From Schmidtea nova (lineage: Eukaryota): a stretch of 64,000 nt of DNA. Position numbers and translations under genes: made by a program. The stretch covers positions 14,260,001 through 14,324,000 of the forward strand of contig CM097884.1 of the NCBI GenBank assembly GCA_044892505.1, read 5' to 3'. The notes beneath the pieces were generated by a model. The model had not been told where the DNA came from. It did not search any database and saw only the letters and a list, made by a program, of their open reading frames with translations. Positions 59,189-64,000 of the stretch are shown here, piece after piece (the stretch's first letter is position 1; each line of letters starts with the position of its first letter).

Positions 59189-60389
59189 TGGTACAAAAAT
59201 AAAGTGAAAACCCCAAAGGATTAATTGTAAATCAATAAAAAAAGGTTAATTCGACAATTAACAAATAAAGTACAAAAATTTAATTAAAATTAATATTTTC
59301 CATGGGAAACAGGTTCGGACAGGTATGTAGAACATACATAGACACTCAAAAATCATTAATTACACTTTGTTTACCTCGTCAGTTAGTTTTTTTGTCAGTC
59401 AAATCTCCTATTTAGCAGAACTCTGCGTAATTTATTTAAAAATCAAGTATGTATTTTATTATTATGTAATGGTAATTGGAAGTAGAATCCTTTTGGTAAT
59501 AATCTTTTAAAGTTTTATTTGATTTTTCTTTAGTAGACTTTGACTTAAATAATCTCCATTCAGGTAAAATAACTCCCAAAATTATGAATAGGAATAGGAA
59601 GAGATGGAGTTCAAAAGAGCACAATACCTTCTCTTCTCGAGTCCTATCTGTTGATGATTTGGGCTTTGGCAATGCTTCATCCACAGTTCTTCAGAATAGT
59701 CTTGATTGAGTAAAATAGTTGCTTCTAAAATCATGTGAAATGGGATAAAAAGAACCCCGATAAGAATTTTTATTCTAGTCCAGTTCACTCTTTCTAAACA
59801 GAGTAATAGTTATAAATTCTCAGATTTTTTCAGAGTATGGAACTAAAATAAATAGCATAGTAATTTTATGTGGAATGCTTGCTAGAAAATACGGGTTGAT
59901 CCATACACGAAATTCCCAAATGACAAAATTAACAGGATAATTTCGAAACAAAACATGAAAATAAGGGAAGATCCTTGTTCAAATTTTTTGAACCTTAGAA
60001 AGAACTTGGAAATAACGGCGGAGTTCTGCTCAAAACTTTGGAAGATTCGCAAGTGTAGAAGTAAAAGTGGGTTTAAACGCAATATCGCAAGTTACTTAAA
60101 TCGAAAAAGGAATATACAGCAAAAGAGAACACTATTGAAGATTACATTGGAAATGTACATCATTGAAAGACCAATCCCCATTAAGATTAGGTGAAACACA
60201 AAGATGCCTTATAACGGCATAGGTAATTAATTGATACACATGAATACAAAGTTCAATAAGCGAGCTCACGGTTGAAATAGCCTATCTACCTCAGATATAC
60301 AGTACCAACATGGATGTGACAGTTACGCGCTCAGGGGTATATTTTGTGGGATAACGATGAAGGAGTAGAGGGAATAATATTTGATGACT

Positions 60390-60975
60390 GTTACAACATT
60401 CGTTACAATTGGAATTCAAGGTCAAATACCCACCGACAATATATTAATATAAAATTCAGAGAAAGAAAGTAAGAAAATACAACTTAATTAAAAAAATAAA
60501 TCTAATTGGCTAATGGGAAACTCGAACCAATGGAGAACCCAAGAGGTAAATAAACTAATAAATTCAATATTTGTGTAATGCTGAGGGTCTTTTTAGCGGA
60601 ATAAAATAATAAAATTAGGCGATTAAAGGAGGTGAAAACAATTATCGAAAGAGCCCAATTATTGAATTATCATATTATTTTCAAGAGAATTCCTGAAAAT
60701 CCTCCAAATATAATTATATAATTAAAATTCAGAAGCCTATAAAAAGTATTCCAAAATTTTCGATTAGACCAGTAGTCGAAGATAATACTTGAATCAACGA
60801 GTAAAAAAAAGATTAATTGGAATTACAAAAATAAAGTATGTATAAGTCAAAATTTTGAATGAAATATTAATCCGAGATAAAGTTAGTGAAAATAAAGTGC
60901 ATAGCTAATCAAATCAAACTACAAACCAGAAAAGACGATCGGCTTTTGTAAAACCTAACTTGGCGCAAGTAAGAG
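60390..60975 (+). mobile_element. LTR-like fragment ending in a PBS-like TGGCGCA
   Basis: Shares aattggctaatg...caatggagaacccaa with the 7640 solo LTR; TATA-like ctataaaaa; aataaa; ends aacctaac-t-tggcgcaag. Confidence 0.35.
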
Positions 60976-61370
60976 TGCACATAAAATATTGTTGAGATCT
61001 TTGTTATGATTGTGATACAATTGAAATAAAATTTAGTTGCGTTGAGTGTTATTATATTCATATCAAAGAGAACATGAGGAATCAGAGTTGTAATATCAAC
61101 TTAATAAAAAATGCAGATACGTTCCAAAAAAATTGACGTAAATAATAATTTGCGTAAAACTCATTCCACAAGAAAAGTGAAGATTGGTTTCAAATTTGCA
61201 ATATAATGTTATAAATCTATAATTACATCTATTTTACAGACAAACTTTAAAAATTATATACATTAATCTATTAACAAATTACTAAGCTTTTATTTATTGA
61301 CTATGATAATTTTTATTCTTATCACTGTTTCTAGTGTCAACTACATCCATTTTTAAGATATAATTTGATG

Positions 61371-61416
<46 letters not shown>

Positions 61417-61419
<3 letters not shown>

Positions 61420-62948
61420 GGCCGGCTCAGTGGTCGAGACTTCTGGGAATTTTCCAGAGGCCCCACGCATTCATACTCTAACAATTATAATAGCTAAGCA
61501 AATTTTTGTCACAATACAACTTTTTTTACAAGTTGGATGTTAACGCAGGTCTTTCCTTGAATTTTTAATATCGATGAATTGTAATATCTTTACTATAATG
61601 CGCACTTTTTTCAGATTTTAGTCAGAAAAAATAAGGGTGCGTATTATACTCGTATACTTGTATACGAAATAAGAATAAAAAATATTATGTTTATGTATGT
61701 GTTGGGTTATGGGGTTGTTGGTGAAATGATAAAAGTTGCCAATCAAATATCTGACTCCAAGCGTGCCTTTAATTGACCCCAATAACACTTTCAATAACAC
61801 AAACTTTATTGATTATTACACTGATTTACACGATTCAAATTATCACAATAAATTCAATAAATCTTTCGACACTTATACGAGCTTATTACGACACTTCGTG
61901 AAGAATAGCTCACCTGTATAATGTCTTGAAAACAACAACTACTAACCACTGATTTGGATTAAATATTGGTAATTGATTTCGATTGTTCCCGCACTTTAAC
62001 TTGATTCTTTCTCAATATTCTTTAGCTTTAAATTCTCGTCTGCTTAGCTTCATTTGTTCTTTGCAACACAAATTCTTTTTCTGCAACTAATTCAATTAAC
62101 AAATTTCTTCGTATTTCACTTCGACTCTTAACTGCACTTCTGTTCAAGTTCCCAATTTTTCTTTTCCAACTTCAATTCAACAATTTGATTCCTGTTTCTC
62201 AATTTTCCACCTAAATGTTCTGTCTAAAATATTCTGCCAAAATCTCTGCCAAAATTCTGTCCGCTTCTGCTGTTCTTCCTCCTCTTATATCTCATCACTT
62301 TATGGCACTTTTGCATTTGCCACTTTTTCACTTTTTCCATTTTTCTCTGCAACTCCCATGTTTTCTCCTGAAAGTTCGGCACTCGTGACCACTTGCTTTT
62401 TTCCATTTCTGCTTCTGGCATTTCCCATACTGTTTTAGAACTCCCATGCTGCCTTTGACAGCTCGGCACTCGGACTACTTTGTTTTTTCTTTTTGCCGCT
62501 CCGGCTTGTATTGTTTTTGTTCCCGTTATCTCTGACAAGCTGTCGAGATAAGCATACTGTTGTTATTTTTTGTTTTTCCCGATTTGAAATTCCTTTTCCC
62601 TATGTACTAATTAATTAGTGCTGATCTTTGTTTTTGTTTTCTTGACTGATTTTTTTTGTCTGATTCCTCTTTCTCATTTCTCATTTCTTTTTGTTTCCGT
62701 TTTCTTTTCTGAGTTCCCATTAGCCGTCTCATTCGTCATGACTATATTCCCCCAGGTAATTTTATTTATTTATTAGTAAATTGTTATTTGGGTATCCTCA
62801 ACATATGTATATTATTGCATATATTGAAGAAATAAATATTTCATTGAATGAATTGATAAAATTATGTTCATGTATCATTTCTTCTTTTTTGGGAAGGGGC
62901 CCGCATATAATATTTTCCGGAGATCCGTAAAAACCACAGCCGGCCCTG
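61417..62948. mobile_element. hAT-type MITE hosting a nested solo LTR
   Basis: Ends GAGGGCCGGC / GCCGGCCCTG (9 of 10 inverted); inserted next to (TA)n; TSD only partial. Confidence 0.55.
61700..62803 (-). mobile_element. Solo LTR (1104 bp) of the same LTR clan
   Basis: TGTTGGG/CCTCAACA termini; perfect 4-bp TSD TATG; U5 end (aataaag...ggagtcaga...ataacccaaca) shared with the large element; internal tandem duplication. Confidence 0.88.
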
Positions 62949-64000
62949 ATATCAATTATTCCCATAATGGTAAGGTCATAGATCAAAATTTCTTTAAACA
63001 GTGTACTTGTTTTTTTATATATACATTTTATTTAATTTTGAAAGTTGCATGTCACAGACTTTGAATAAAATTTAATATTACAAAAAATAGAAAATTATTA
63101 GTGAAGAGATGAAATTGTCCACAAAATTCTGGTAAAGATCAGTCGTGTGTGGAACTATATCTTGAAAAATAAAGAAAATAGAAAATAATTTTAATAATTC
63201 ACCTACAAACAATACTAAAAAGAAACATAGAGAAAAGTTGACACAATTTTGAAAAAATGTGGGCAATATCTAATAAGTGTCGTTGAAATAGGATATATAT
63301 TAGAGGTGGACTTTTATTAACCTTCTGTAGGAAACTTCTAAAATTCAAACTAATGAAGTTGCACTGTTTAATTTAAAATAGTTTTATTTTTTCTCATGTC
63401 GATTTTCTGAAAAATTCCTTTTATTTCAACTGAAATCAAAATTATCACTGAAAGATTCAATAAAATCTATAGAAAATAAGTGAAGCGGAAAACAAAAGCG
63501 CGGAAAAATAGAGTTACGCTAGTAGCCTATGAGACATAAATTACAGAATTGAGTGTCGATTGCATTTTGAAACTTTCTCATTTAAAATCTTTTATTTCCA
63601 TATTATTCTACATCAAGAGTGAAGATAATCTCGGTCTGAGAGTTGTATTTTGTAAGAGGTACCTGATAAAATGTGCAGAAGACGTTCAGTTCTCAAAAAC
63701 TGTTTGGAGTTATGATATAACTTTCAGTTAAATGGCTGAAAAAATCGGCACAAGTTTTGCTTCTTGGTGATTTAGAGTTTACTTGTTACGGTCTAAGACT
63801 ATGTCAACTTGTCATAGGTTACGGTGTGGTATGGGTCATTGGTGTTAGGCTTAACTGGGTTATTTTTCGAAAATGTTGGAAATTGGTGGCTTTCGGAGTT
63901 GTGATTTTAACGGTGCGGAGGTTATGAACGTTGGACGGATGTGGATAGGCAAATCTGTTTGATTAAAAATGTTGGTGATTTTGTTGGCTGTAGTGTCATT

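Noticed and set aside
1-64000. CRISPR arrays, rRNA or tRNA genes
   Set aside because: None seen; eukaryotic context, and the only tRNA-related sequence is the 18-nt PBS

Overview
AT-rich, gapped animal (probably invertebrate) genomic window. It is dominated by transposable elements and contains one intact host gene, the splicing factor ESS2/DGCR14 (29068-30288, minus strand). The centrepiece is a young, apparently intact 16.6-kb Ty3/gypsy LTR element (35184-51789, minus strand; 865-bp LTRs about 3 mismatches apart, tRNA-Trp PBS, PPT, ATTA TSD) inserted into a Tc1 transposase. Its layout is unusual. Gag has 4 zinc knuckles and two ubiquitin-like domains, and a single in-frame TAG separates it from a 2315-aa ORF. 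That ORF reads signal peptide + chuvirus-type class III fusion glycoprotein + TM + PTAP/YPx3L late domains + PR-RT-RNaseH-IN + a second signal peptide/glycoprotein/TM. A separate ORF encodes a REX4/ISG20-like DEDDh exonuclease with its own CCAAT/TATA. Related solo LTRs lie at 7640-8421 and 61700-62803, and a second gypsy remnant carries a TRAF/MATH domain (16.1-18.6 kb). The left part holds a decayed Maverick/Polinton cluster (pPolB, packaging ATPase) with a TBP-like gene that is absent from the ORF track, and an unknown ORF cassette present three times. Also present are hAT, mariner, Tc1, piggyBac-MITE, Helitron, Harbinger, copia and CsRn1-like remnants, and a CDP-DAG synthase pseudogene. All protein assignments come from motif recognition by eye; no database searches were run.
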